Below are positions 43,505-57,572 of a stretch of DNA of 64,000 nucleotides, one piece after another (within the stretch, counting starts at the first letter, position 1; every line of letters starts with the position of its first letter). The stretch lies in the NCBI RefSeq assembly GCF_009914755.1, contig NC_060947.1. One strand, written 5' to 3'. This stretch comes from the human T2T-CHM13v2.0 reference genome, Homo sapiens. A model generated the notes under the pieces. That model was not told where the DNA came from. It did no database searches and was given only the letters and a program-made list of their open reading frames with translations. The position numbers and the translations under genes were made by a program.

Positions 43505-43671
43505 TTCATTTTTATGTGTCTTAATTTCTTTCATCAGTGTTTTATAGGATTCAGTGCATAGGTCTTTCACTTTTATTAAACTTGTTGCTGAGTATTTCAT
43601 TGTAACGTATTGCTGAGTATTTCATTGTAATGTATATATTAGAATGCCTTATAGAAGTGAGTAATATATAT

Positions 43672-43965
43672 TTCATTTCTAGTTTTATTTTAGATTCATA
43701 GGGTACATGTGCAGGTTTGTTACATGCATACATTGCATAATGCTGAGGTCTGGGGTATAGATGATCCGATCACCCAGGTAGTGAGCACAGTATCCTATAT
43801 GTAGTTTTTCCACACATGGCCTCCTCCCTTCCTCCCACTTCTAGTAGTCCCCAGTGTTTTTTGTTCCCATCTTTACATCCATGTGTACTCAATGCTTAGC
43901 TCACATTTATAAATGAAAACATGCATTATTTGGTTTCTGTTACTGTGTTAATTTATTTAGGATAA
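43672..43965 (-). mobile_element. L1PA15/16-like 3' end
   Basis: ttttattttagattcatagggtacatgtgcaggtttgttac. Confidence 0.8.
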
Positions 43966-44399
43966 GCCCTGATCCAGTTTCTCTGTGTTTTTAATCATTC
44001 AAATTAAGCTTTAAAAAAATCTTCTCAGGTTGTGGTAAATTTGTGATGCCAATTTTCCCACCCAGTCTTGCCCCACTCTTCTAGCATTAGAGCTTGCAAT
44101 CAGCTCTGGGAAGCTACAGGTGCCTCTAAGAATCTCCCAGGGTTGTGCATGGGGGTCTGAAACTAAAGAACCACACTATCAGTCTTTCTTTGTCCTTGCA
44201 TAGACCTGAAATCTCCTCTTATCTGCATCATAACTTCCAAGCTTAGACGACCACATGCTAAACTGGGATACCTAGGAAGGCTCTAACCTTGCTTGTGCCT
44301 ACCAAACTTTAACTTCATCTTCAAAACTCAGAGCCAATGTGCTATGGTAGAAAAATGACAAGCAATGACATAAAATGAGATTTGAGTGAACTGAGAGTG

Positions 44400-45705
44400 A
44401 TATAACTCTACTGGAGGGGTGAAACAATATTGTAAATATACCAACACTCCTACCCCCAAATAAGCCATAATTTCAATGCTATGTCAACCAAAACCTCAAT
44501 AAGCATTTTTTCTTAAAAAAACTAATTTTAAATTCATATGTTAGGGCAAATATATAGTAGCCAATTCATGTTTGGGAAAAAAGGCACATGGAGCAGAATC
44601 TGTTCTACTAGGTATTATGACATGTGATAGAACCATAAAAATTAAAACAGAGTGGTATCAGTTGAAGACTAAACAAATAACTCAACAGAATTAAAGAGTT
44701 TGGAAACAGATTATATAATTAGTATATCACATAATTAGGATATATAATTAGTATTATGATTATATAAAAATATATTTAGCAATTAGTTTATTATATGAAT
44801 ATATAGTTAGTAAATAATAAAAATAGGTCTTCAGAGTAGGGGTGAATAAAGTATTTAATTGTTCACTTATTGGGACAATTGGTTGTTGATTTGGAAAAAA
44901 TAAAATTAAAGCCATATCTCACATAATTCAGAAAATTCCTTTAGAAACAAAGTCTTCAAAATAAAAATCAAGATTGTAATAGCATTAAATGAAAGTACAT
45001 GATATATAATGTGGGTGTTAGGAAATACTCTTTTTAAAGAAAAAAACAAAATGCAAAAAATAATAAAGTTTATTATATCACTAGAAAGCAGGCAGAAGAC
45101 ATGAACAGACTTTTCACCAAATAATATATACATGTGATAATAATCACTTGGAAAGGTGTTCAATATGCGTAGCCATTAGGGAAATATAAATTAAAACTAT
45201 GTTATCACTACATACCTATCAAAATGGCTAAAATAGACAACAGTGACAGTACAAAATGCAGGTGAGGATTCAGAAAAGCTAGATCATACATTGTTGTTGG
45301 GAATAGAAAATGCTACAGCCACTCTGGAAGAATATGACTGTTTCTTATAAAGTTAAAAATACACATCATATGGCCCAGTAATTTGCACTTTGGGGCATTT
45401 ATTCCAGAAAAATTAAAACTTATTTTTACAACAAAAACCTGTACACACATGTTCATTGCAGCTTTATTTGTAATATCCCAAAACTGTCAATATTGCAGTT
45501 GCCTCTTAGAAGGTGAATGGTTAAACAAACTGGTGCATCTATACTGTGGAATACTATGCAGCAATAAAAATGAACAAATTATTGATACATGAAAAACTTT
45601 CATAGATCTCAAGGATATCTTGTTTAGTGAAAGAGTCAATCTCAAAAGGTTAAACACTATATACTTTCATTTATATAACAATCTCAAAATGATAAAATTA
45701 TATTC
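44400..45705 (+). mobile_element. Ancient L1MC/MD/ME fragments
   Basis: Degenerate ORF2 3' motifs (ORF 45383-45592 KTCTHMFIAALFVI). Confidence 0.65.
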
Positions 45706-46522
45706 AATCCAGGGGACCTAGTACTGGTAAAGGCACTTCCCTTCCTTTCTCCCTCTCTAGGCCCAGATTGGGAGGGAAGATTGGGAAGTACACTGTACTT
45801 CTTTCCACTCCTACAGCAGGGAAGGTCACTGGAACAGATTCTTGGATTCATATACTCAAGTAAACACATGGGGAAGCTGACAGCATCACTTCCATCAACC
45901 CAGAAGAGCACCCAAAGTACCAATGTGAAAAAATCTGGGACCTCAAGCTAAAAATCACAAAAGATAAGTGTTAATAATTGACCTTCCATGGATATCCTCT
46001 TTATAGTCTTGCCTATGCTTGCTGTTCTTACCTTTGTTTTGTTCTTCACCATGAGGCACCTTTACCAAGGGTCCATTAATCCTGAACACGAACAGAAATA
46101 CCTACTCCCCTCAACAGTTATCTCTTTTTTAAAGTTTAATTGCTCCCATACAATATTTAATTTCTTTCATCAGGGGCACAATATTATTTTCAGAATGATT
46201 AGTATATTTCACTTCTCATTTCTGTTATCTTTGACACTAGATTCGTTCCCTTTAACTCCTCTTTGTATAATACCCATATTTGATCCATGCATAGTTAGCC
46301 TTGTAAAATTTGTTTCTTCTTGCCTACAGGCCAACAAACTCCAGTCACGCAACCAGAGCCTCAGACAATGGCTCCCTTTTACTGAGGACCCTTAGATAGG
46401 CCTCTGAGAGAAATCTGATTGTCATTGCCCCTAAAACAATGCCCCTGTCAGCAGGAAGCAGCTAAGATCAGTCATCATCCCTGTTCTAACGGCAGTTACA
46501 TGTACCTCTTCAGAGGGGGAAA
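45706..46522 (+). pseudogene. ERV1 internal remnant: integrase C-terminus + env TM C-terminus + PPT
   Basis: PGDLVLVKALP...WEG..YTVLLSTPTA.KVTG.DSWIH (gamma-type IN); PCIVSLVKFVSSCLQANKLQ (TM tail); PPT cagagggggaaa. Confidence 0.75.
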
Positions 46523-46757
46523 TGATAGAGGGAGGAGGCAGAGAAATCCTAAAACAGGGGCAGGTACCCAGTGAAATCCCATCTTCAAGCCAAAGACAGT
46601 TTAAACCCTAAAGGCCAAGTTACAAGTAAAATTCACAGACCAGGTTGCAAACCCGTCTTCCCATTTCGCATGCTTTCCTTTGATCCCCACCTTTCACCTA
46701 TTTTACATATATCTACCCTTCCTTATTTATTTTTACACTGTGCCCACCTTTGACTGT
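46523..46757 (+). mobile_element. Truncated ERV1 3' LTR (MER4 group, MER61/83-like)
   Basis: tgatagagggaggaggcagagaaat directly after the PPT. Confidence 0.6.
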
Positions 46758-49700
46758 ATCAAATTTTTTGAGGGGTTTGGACATGAACAACTTGGATTTT
46801 TTCAAAATCTTTTTGCCCGTCTATTGAGATGATCATATGGTATTTGTTTTTAATTTTGTTTGTGTGGTGAATCACATTTATTGATTATAAATCACATTTA
46901 TTGATTTATTGAACCAGCCTTGCAAATCCAACTTGGTTGTGGTGCATTAACTTTTTGATGTGCAGCTGGATTCAATTTACTAGTATTTTGTTGAGGATAT
47001 TTGCACCTATATTCATGAAGAGTATTAGTCCGAAGTTTCCTTTTTCACTTTGTCTCTGCCAGATTTTGGTATTAGGCTGACATTGGCTTCACTGAATGAG
47101 TTAGGGAGCAGACACTCCTCCTCAATTTTTTGGAATAGTTTCAGAAGGATTACTACAAATTCTTCTTTGTTCACCGGTAGAATTCACCTGTGAATCCATC
47201 TTGTCCTGGGCTTTTTTTTTATTGGTAGTTTTTTATTTTAATTACTGATTTAATTTCAGAGCTCTATATTGATCTATTCAGGGTTTCAATATATTCCTGA
47301 CTTAATTTTGGGAATTTGTGTTTTTCCAGGAATTTATCCATTTACTCTGGATTTGCTAATTTGCATGCACATAGTTGTGCATAGTATTCTGTGAGGATTG
47401 TGGTCTGAGTGTGTGCTTGTTATGATTTCAATTTTTTAATGTTTTGAGACTTCCCTTATGACTGGGCATGTGGTCAATCTTAGAATATGTTCCATATGCA
47501 GATGAGAAGATTATATATTCTATGGCTGTTGGGTGGAGTGTTGTGTAGATGTCTTTTTAATCCAATTGGTCAAGTTTCAAGTTTAAGGCCAGAATTTGTT
47601 AGTTTTCTCCCTTGATGTCCTGTCTAATGCTGTCAGTGTGGTGTTGAAGTCTCTCACTGTTATTCTGTGGTTGTTGAAGTCTTCGTAGGTCAAAAAGAAC
47701 TGTTTTATGACTCTCAGTGCTCCAATGTCGGCTGAATATACATTTAGTATAGTTATGTCTTCTTCTTGTATTGTATGCTTTATCATTATACAATCTCCTT
47801 AATTTTTATTGGTTTAAAATCTGTTTATCTGATATAAAAATAGCAACACCTGCTCTTTTTAATTTGCATGGTAGATCTTTCTCCAACCGTTTACTTTGAG
47901 CCTGTGGGTGTTGCTAAATGAGATACGTGTCTTTTGAAGAGAGCAGATGGTTGGGTCTCATCTTTCTTCAGTTTGATCTATTCTGCTGTTAATACTTCCA
48001 ATTTTATTATGAAATTCTTGTAGTGAGTTTTTCAGCTCTATCAGTTTGGTTCTTTGTTAAAACGGTTATTTTGTCTTTCGGCTCATCTCATTTTATTGGA
48101 TTTTTTAGATTCCTTGGATTGAAATTTTAACTTTCTCCTGAAACTTCCTTGCCATATAAATTTTGAATTGTATGTCTGTCACTTCAGTCATTTCCAAAAT
48201 GTTAAGGACCATTCTTGGGGAGCCAGTGGACTTGTTTATGGGTAGGGGGACACACTGGCTATTTGTTTTGCCAGAATTCTTGGGCTCGCTCTTTTTCAAC
48301 TGGGAGGACTGACATTCCTTCAACTGTATTGTAATTTGATTATAGTCAGTTGGCTTTGTTTCTGGATGTTTTCAGAGGGCCAAGGCTCTGTGGTGGGCCT
48401 TTTTTGTGGCTGAAATATTGCCCTTGGTTTCACAGATGAGTATATTAGCAAAATATTTTTGGTGTTCTAGTTCGGGCTGCAATTCAGTAGATGGTGCTTA
48501 AGAGTAACAGTAAATAGGCTCTTATTACACCATGTGGCTCCTCTGTATTTCTTCATGCTTTCGGGTGTGCTCTTTGGTGTGGGGTGGAGAGAGGTGACTC
48601 CCTCACTAGGTCCACTCTTGTGTCTTGGAAGAACTCCCTACAATCACTGGCATGGCATACGCTTTTCTTTTGTTAGGCATTCTAGGCTGCAGGACTTCCA
48701 TGGGCAGGGGCCATGACAGGGAGATAGGCCACACCTTTCCCAGGTGGAACCTGCAGATGGAGGCATGCTGTGTTTCTGCACAGTTCCTGAAGCTTTGACT
48801 CTAACCTCTTAGGGCTCTGAGAGTGTGGGTTCCTCTCCTGCTCGTGTGCTGGCCACAGATCACCATTTGGCACTCCTAAGCTGTGCACAGTAGCCCTGGG
48901 GTATGTTTAGGCTTCTTGTTCTCTACTCAGCTTGGGGGCAGCAGGGGTCGGGACCTCAGCAGCAGTGATGGCAGACGGGCTGTCATTTGTCTCTGGGAGC
49001 TAGCTATATGACAGAGAAACACAGAGCCACTGCAAATTGGAATGATCAGCTGGGGGTGACACTTCTTTGCTGCAGGCCAAAGCCAGAGGGCCCTGCCTGG
49101 TGAAGAGATGGGGTTGGGGGGTGGCTGATGGGAGCACAGTCTGACCTCCTCTCTATAGGGTGGCTGTAGCATGCTGGAGGTGCAAGTAAAGTACTCAAGC
49201 TCTTTGTGACTCTTCCACCCTGGGGGCAGCAAGGGTGGGTACTGTGGAAGGCAGGAGCAGAGGGACTATCAGTTGCTTCTGGGAACTCCACCTCAGAGAA
49301 ACAGAGCTACTGCCAATGGAATGTTCATCCAGGGGTTGTTACCAGTGGCAAATCTGTACAGGTCTGCAGCAACCTCTACTGTTGACTCCCCAGAAGGCTT
49401 TTGACTGAGGGGCATAAGGCAGAGTGAAAAACCAAAGCAAGTTGAAAGCAGGCCTAAAAGTATGTTAAAAAGCATTAGAGCAGGAAAGAAAGAAAGTGAA
49501 ATACTCTTGTAAGAGGAACAAGCGGGTACTTCACAGATAAGTGCACAGTTTGACCTTTTGACTTGGAGTTTTTTATATGTTGGTAGGCTTCAGGGGTCTT
49601 GTGTCCCTTCTCTGATTCTTCCCTTGTGGTGGGCTGTCCACATGTGCAGTGACCTGCTAGCACTTGGGAAAGGCCACAGGCACAGTGAGTTTACTGGAGT

Positions 49701-52700
49701 TGTATGCATGCTCTCTTGAGGAGTTCTTCCCTTACCAGTCAAATGTCCCTAGAAGGTCATATACCAGTTAAACTCCAACATTTTGCCTCTTGGTGCACAT
49801 GCCTGAGCCCACTCGCCTGGCTCCTGAGATCTCATCAGGAAGCTGATCACCAGTTTCAGTATTTTCCTATTGGGCGACCGCCTTTCCCTTGCACACGCTG
49901 TGACCAATTATTACTTTAGAGAGACACTTAAAAACCACCTGACATTCCTGGTGTGTGTGTGGTGAGGGAGAGACCTCTCCTGCTCTGCTCATGTCTGACT
50001 AGCTACTTACTGTACCATGTCCCCTCTCAACAATCCAAGACCCCAATTCTTTGGGGAAAGTTGATGTAAGTCAGTCTTCTGTAATTGTTTCCTGCTGACA
50101 GAAGTTAGCTGTCAGAGCAGGGTGGCTCCATGGATTGGTGAAAGTCGTAGCCACCCAGGCCCAAGGAAGACAGTGGCAAGATTTTGCCTCTGTCATGTTC
50201 CACTGATGGGCAGTCTAGGGGTCCCCTCTAGAAGTGTGACTCTAGTATTGAGAGGACAGTATCCATCACTGAGCATCTTTTGGAGCTTGATGGCCTGAAC
50301 GCAAGAAAAGACAAATCAGGTTAGTAGATTGAGAAGAATGTCAAAACAAAATAAGGGGGAGATGACACCTCCAAAAAATCCCGAGGCTGCCGACATGCCC
50401 CGGTAGTTGGTGGCTATATTCATGCCTGCTAAGACGTGGGTGCATGGGGTTGCTAGCCAATTATTCTATTGCCCAGAATTAGAACATTGATTCAGGTTTT
50501 TGCATGACCCATCCCTCTTGTTTCTTCTGAGTTGTAGCCAGAGTTCACCAGTTAGTTCACAGGAATAAGCAGGGTTAGTCTGAATTGCAGACAAAAACTC
50601 AAAAACAACTGATGAGACTAGAATCTAATAATAAGTATACCATAGTTCTTGAAACATGATTTTTATCTTTCCAGTCCTCCTTTGTTTAAAAAATATCATG
50701 ATAGGATTGATTAGTTTGCAGAATAAACTTGTCTTATTATACTTGGCCTGATTATTTGCATAAACAACAGCAAGAATAATTATTTGCCATATAGGCTCCC
50801 TTTTAAATTGTCTTTGATGGAACTTCATTTCATGAGGAATCAGATAAGACTTTTTTGAAGACTTAATCCCAGCCATGGGTTAGTGTCATCAATTACCTAT
50901 ATGAGTTGGGGAAATTCCTCTCCTCTTGAGGTCCCAAGATAACTTGGGGCTCCTTGGCCTACTGGAAAATAACATTCTTTACTTACCAGAGGTCAAGAGC
51001 TGTGTACAGAGACTATTTAGACAAGGTATGAGGCCAGTTTTCCCAAGGTGTATTTATTGGCTTTATAAGTCAAAGTTGATTCCTTAAAGCAACCTGAAAC
51101 TATGCCATTCCAGTCAAAGCCTTGGTAAAATAACCAGTTTCTCCAGTTGTGTCCTGTGTAAAAGAAAATAGATTCTTACTGCACTAAGGCAAGTAACTAT
51201 ATTGCCATAAGTTGAGAATACTTACAAGTAGTATCTAAATTCTGGAGAGATCAAGTAAAGAGAAAATAATATGCTCTAAGTTTTGTTTACAGGGACATAC
51301 TTTACTCAATTGTTAAAAGCTGTAAGGATTATTTAGTCTTTTATTAGTTTACTCCATGAAGTTAACTCCTGTTCTGCTTGATATTCATAAACATTTCAGC
51401 TTTCCACGAGAGTTCTGAAAGTTTTTCCTCTATTCTAATGTCACAATCTCCGAAGTTATCAAAAACCTGCATTTAAGAGCACCTGTTACGAGTTTTATAG
51501 TTGATTTTAAAAAACCACCTTTTAAATAGAATTAAAACAACAACTGTCTATGGATAACAAAAAGTCTTAGGGCACCCATAGTCAAAGATACAACTAAGAA
51601 GGATATTTGTTACCTCTATGGCATAATAATATAACAATTATAATTATTACTGATAACTTATATTGTTATATCAGAATTATAGGAGTTTCACATAATTTTG
51701 GAACACATACCAACAACACATTTATAAAGAGTAGATTAATGCTTTAATAAAACTCTGTTGTGCTTTTATTCCAGTGTTTAATTTATGGAAAAACTGAATA
51801 ATACTCCTTTAACTTTAGGCAATATGTTTACATACAGATTTTATTTTACAAGATTAATCTTTCAAAAAACTTTCACAACTTGCTTAAATATTCAACTTTA
51901 TCCTATCTAACTTAAAATAATCATTTAACCCTCTAAACCAGGCATGTACAGCTGTTTTTCCAGCAATCTCAAGTACATGTTACACTGTTAACTCTTAGCA
52001 ACTTTTACTTTTGGTGAAAAACTTGATAAATAAGTGATTCTAATTATGTACTAGGTTTGGAGCCTAGGACACCAGACAGAAGTGCAGATAAGGTTTGATT
52101 CCAGTATAGCTAGAGGCATGGCTAACTCTGTGTGTCCCCATTCGTTACCTAGGTTTAAAGCAGGCAATTTGTACAGTTAAGTAATAGTAGCAGTTTATGG
52201 AGCATTTAGTAGACCAAATACCCTTTAAAATTGTACATTTTTATAACTTCTGTTTCATGATTTTTTTCATAACTTACACAGACCACCTATAACATGCTTC
52301 GACTTTCTGACTTGTCCTAAAATCCCTCTTTTTAAACAACAAGTCATTTTATTTTAGGACAATAACTTACCATACAAGATCCTTTTTTTTAATACAAAAT
52401 CTTTTTCTTTATAACTTTCCTTACCAGAAATACCTTTACCTTTATAACCTTTGGATTAGACAAAAATAATTTTACTTCTGTTAGGAAGTTATGGTTTGAA
52501 CTACATGTTACTGTATAAGTCCTGTGAAGGGCAGAAGATAAGGAGTTTATCTGTGTACTGTAGAGGTTTTGCCCCAAAGAGATGTGAATCTTTTCTTTTG
52601 GAGGGAGGTGGTGCTATATGCCCGTGTTACCCAACAGGATTTGGAAGAGAGTTGCTTAGGGGAGAATTAGCACAGAGTAGTCAGCTCTTGAACCCAAAAG

Positions 52701-52806
52701 AGAAATTTATAATTTTACTTGCCACCTCCAGAGTTGCCCTTGGCTTTGTAGTACCATTGATGACACTGATGTCTGATTTAGAAGCCAGACAGAGCAGAGA
52801 GCCCCT

Positions 52807-53446
52807 TCAGCTGAAGGCCATCAGGAGTTGGGATTCTGTTCCAGAGGCCATTTGGCCCTCTTGACAGTCCCATTTCCAGTGGCTGAGCTTGTGGTAGAGG
52901 GGGCAAGTCATGCACAGCTTTTTCCCATTTATTCCATTAGGACAGTTTGCCTTCCAGTGGCCTGGCTTCCTGCCCCAATAGCAGTTACCTAGAGGACTGT
53001 CCTTAGGGCAATTTGAAGGGGGCTGGTGGGCTTGCAGGGCAGCCAACAGTTGAGTCTGCCTCCTTTCCCTGTGTTTCTCCTTTTCCTTGGCCCTGTACTC
53101 CTTATTCTACTCTCAGTTATAAGAGATAGAGGAGGCTAATCTGAGGATTTCCTGTATAAGGGCACCAGGCTCTAAGGCTGACTTTTGTTATTTCCTCCAT
53201 TTATTTTATAGGCCAAATAGTATTACAAAGGAAAACTAGTTGTTTAAGGTTTGGAGAAATCACACTTCCCAGTTCTGGGGGATGCATCTGAGGGGATCTG
53301 AGAGGCATGTCTTGTGGTATGGAGACATGATTACCCATCTGTGAAGAGAGAACTGAAGAGAAAAGGAAAAAAGGGAAAAAGGTATGCCCTCTTACTTTCC
53401 TCTGATCCTTAATAGGGCATTCCCCATTCTTCCTTAGGGTTCTCAA
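52807..53446 (-). pseudogene. Degenerate, internally deleted gag (MA start + nucleocapsid zinc knuckles)
   Basis: MGN..SIPQD.PL...LVFLCNTIWP (MA); CYWGRKPGHWKANC and CPLYHKLSHWKWDC (decayed CCHC motifs). Confidence 0.75.
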
Positions 53447-55297
53447 ATGAATCAGTCTTACTGTGTACCCTTAACCTTAGTCTCAACTCATCACAATTAC
53501 CCACTTGAGAACTTGATATACTGGAGTGAACAGTGGGCAAACTATTCATCCTTGGGGTTCCATGATGAACTCGTCTTACTCTGTACCCCTAACCTTGCTA
53601 TCATCTCTGTTTTAATAGTAATTTGTCAGCCTGGGACCAACCTTCGTCTCTATCCTATTGGTCTCTTGTGCTTGCAGCCTTGGGCTTGCCTATATCCTTG
53701 TCTTCATGAACTTATAGTGACTCTCATTCAGTGCATTCTAACAACAAAATAATTATCGCTTTTCTCGGATTCCCAATTCCCATGTTCTTTAAGTAAAGGA
53801 GAAGCTTATTTTTCAGTAAACTGCCACAAGGGGGCTGACCTTCCCTTCCCCATGAGGAATACTCATGGAGTGCCTTCATATGCTCGCAAAAATAGCAGCA
53901 CTTGGATTTGAGAGGGCAACGTTTATTTGCCCTCTTGATACAAAATGGTAACCTTTGGAGTACTTGGGGTTTGAGGTAAGAACATACAAATTGCAAAGGG
54001 AGAATTTCCCTTCCTCCCAAAAAGATGCTGACTCAAAAAAAGCAAGTGGGTGGGATCTTAAAGGGCCAGAGTGAGGCCATATGCTGGTGGACAAACTGCT
54101 TCAAAAGCCACCAGAAAATGAAGCCCTTGGCATAACAGGAATGAAAAGCATATGGTAAGTCATAAGGAGCTGGCAGAGCCTGAGTTTCAATTAGTGTCTG
54201 TCCCAGCAATGTGCTAGCAGACAGGGGAAGGGCTGGAGGTCATCTGAACTGGTAGGGTAAAAACAAGTATAAATCTCAGGGGATATCTGGAAGGCAGCCT
54301 GTGTCTTTGATGCTGTGCAAATGCAGCAAGAGCTGCAGGTGCATGAATAACAGGCAGTATCTGTTTAAGAAGTCACATGGCATGCAAAGAGGTGGATTTG
54401 ACCCTGGGGTGGTTGGTCCAGAGTGTGCAAGGCCGTTTCAGAACACACACAGAAAAAGCACGGCAATAGGCAGTGTGGGTGTTTGAGAAAGAGACCATTT
54501 TAGTTGAAAAAGCAGAAGAAACCCCAGACATTGCACAGTTTTGAGTGCTAGCCCTACCACTCTTGTGAGCCTCCTGTCCAGGAGGGCCATTAGTGCCTCA
54601 TTTCTACTTGGTGCATACCCCAATGTCCTTCCTACTCCCACAAGCCACTCCTCAGGGTGAGCTGAGAGATAAGCCAGGGTGAGGAGAGCCACTTTTGGTT
54701 GAGAGGAATCATTTTTGGGGTTGGTTAGTAAGCAGGAGAGAGAAAGGGAGAAGAAAAAAGGTATACAGGGGTTGAATACCTCCAGCCAAAGAAGGCGGGG
54801 TATAGAGGTCTCTTACCACTAGGGAACGTATCCATATCCAAGTCACTCAGCACCAAAGTATGTTAGTGGTAAAAAGTACCTGAGTCTCATAGCACCAAAA
54901 TATGTTACTGGCAGCAAATCTGTATGGATCTGCAGCAACCTCAATCCTTGCCTCCACAGAAGAATTTAACCAAGGTCATAAGGCAGAGTGAGAAACCAAG
55001 GCAAATTTTAGAGCAGAAATGGAAGTTTATTAAAAAGCTTTAGAGCAGGAATGAAAGGGAGTAAAATACACTTGGAGAGGGCTAAGCAGGTGACTTGAGA
55101 GATCAAGTGTATAATCTGACCTTTTGACTTGGGGTTTTATATGCTGGCATGTTTCCAGGTTCTTGCGTCCCTTCTCCCCTGATTCTTCCCTTGCAACGCA
55201 CTATCCACATGTGCAGTGGCCTGCTCACATTTGGGAGGGGCCACAGGCACAGTATGTTTACTAGAGTTGTACACATGTTCACTTTAGGCATGCTTCC

Positions 55298-55646
55298 TAT
55301 ATTAGTCCATTTTCATGCTGCTAATAAAGACATATCCAAGACTGGGTAATTTATAAAGAAAAAGAGGTTTAATGGACTCACAGTTCCACATGGCAGGGGA
55401 GGCCGTACGATCATGGCGGAGGGTAAAAGGCATGCCTTACATGGTGGCAGGCAAGAGAGAATGGGAGCCAACCAAAAGGGGCAACCCCTTATAAAACCAT
55501 CAGATCTCATGAGAGTTATTTACTACCAGGAGTACAGTATGGCAGAAATGGATTATCTCCAACAGAGTCCCTCCCATAACACATGGGAATTGTGGGAGCT
55601 ACAATTCAAGATGAGATTTGGGTAGTGACACAGCTAAACCATATCA
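55298..55646 (-). mobile_element. THE1B-like solo LTR inserted in the 5' LTR9
   Basis: tattagtccattttcatgctgctaataaagac...aaaccatatca; TSD (g/a)cttcc. Confidence 0.9.
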
Positions 55647-56672
55647 ACTTCCCTTACCAGTATAGTATTCCTAGAGGGAGGTCATATACCGGTTAAATTG
55701 AACCATTTTGGTTCTTAGTGTACATGCCTGAGCCACTTGCCTGACTCCTGAGATCTTATTGGGATGCTGATCACCAGTTTCAGGTTTTTTTCTATTTATT
55801 GGGAGACTGCCTTTCCCTGGTTTCAGCTGTGACCAATTATTATTTTAGAGAGACAGTTAACCACCTGACCATCACTTGATGGTCGCCTGACATTCCTGGT
55901 GTGTGTGTGGTAGGGGAGGGGAGGGCAGAGCTCTCTCCTGCTCTGCTCATGTCTGACTAAGCTACCTACTGTAACAGGGTGGGGTGGCTGTACTATGGGC
56001 CCAAGCGAGGGGCCCTGCCTGGTGAAGAGCAGTGTGTCAGAGGCTCACAGGGGAGACAGACTGGTCTCCTCTCTGTAAGGAAGCTGTGGTGTGCTGGGGG
56101 CATGAGCAGAGAAATCACATATTGTCTTCTAAAAATTATTAACCAATAGTTACTTGTGATAAATGGGATATAAATATTTAATAATGTAAGTAATTTAAAC
56201 AATAATTATTTTATTTAATAAATAATTCTATCTTGATGGAAAAAATAATTGACTAGACGTATTTTCTGTATTATTTCTCATTACCAATACCTGTGAGAAC
56301 CCAGGGCTGGTTTAATAGGGCCTCATGCTATTCACCTTTTACTTTGAGAATGGCAGGCCATGATATCCAGGAATAGTAGAGTTATACTTAGCAAGTGGAA
56401 GTCTAAAAAATTGACCTTTATTGTCTTAAGGATAGACATTGTATAGATCATTTCCTCTATCCTTAAACTTAGCTCTAATTTGTGTGGCAAGTAAATACAA
56501 GCATACCTCACTCTATTGACTTCACTTTATTGTGCTATGCAAAGATAGCATTTTTTAGGTTGAAGCTTTGTGGCAACCCTGTATCAAACAAGTCTATTTG
56601 CACCATTTTTCAAACAGCATGTGTTCACTTTGTGTCATTGTGTCACATTTTGGTAATTCTCATAATATTTCA

Positions 56673-57251
<579 letters not shown>

Positions 57252-57572
57252 TCAAGTGAAAGGAAGAGTTGTACATTTCTTACTTTAAATCAAAGCTAGA
57301 CATGACTAAGCTTAGTGAGGAAGACATGTTGAAAGCCAAGACAGATCAAAAGCTAGGCCTCTTGTGGCAAACGGCTAAGATGTGAATGCAAAGAAAAGTT
57401 ACTGAAATCCTACTTCAGTGAACACATGAATGATAAGAAAAATACAGCCTTGTTGCTGATATGGAGGTGGTTTCAGCGGTCTGCATAGAAGATCAAACAA
57501 TCCCCAACATTCCCTCAAGTCAAAGCCTACTTCAGAGCAAGACCCTAAATCTCTTCAATGATATGTAGGCTG

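Larger units (their letters stand above)
41350..43670 (-). mobile_element. L1MA-like 3' fragment with inserts
   Basis: Antisense L1 3' UTR/ORF2 motifs; interrupted by (TA)n, an MST fragment and the inverted duplication. Confidence 0.7.
49337..55976 (-). mobile_element. ERV1 provirus, LTR9/HUERS-P3-like: 5' LTR 54903-55976, internal 50018-54902, 3' LTR 49337-50017
   Basis: Paired LTRs (minus strand tgttacagtaggtagc...gtaaca); 4-bp TSD gggt at 49333-49336 and 55977-55980; PPT ttgagaggggaca. Confidence 0.85.
46760..56110 (-). mobile_element. L1PB/MA-age ORF2-ORF1-5' UTR fragment with deletions, split by the LTR9 provirus
   Basis: Endonuclease remnant ORF 47583-47786, ORF1 remnant 48105-48323; 5' UTR unit gccctgcctggtgaagag at about 49090 and 56012. 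Confidence 0.7.

Noticed and set aside
45988-46395. 135-aa hydrophobic ORF resembling a membrane protein
   Set aside because: Decayed ERV internal sequence ending in an env TM tail; no SU domain or intact fusion peptide
50092-50122. Small hairpin ctgacag...ctgtcag as a terminator or RNA element
   Set aside because: A 7-8 bp stem is expected by chance and lies within ERV internal sequence
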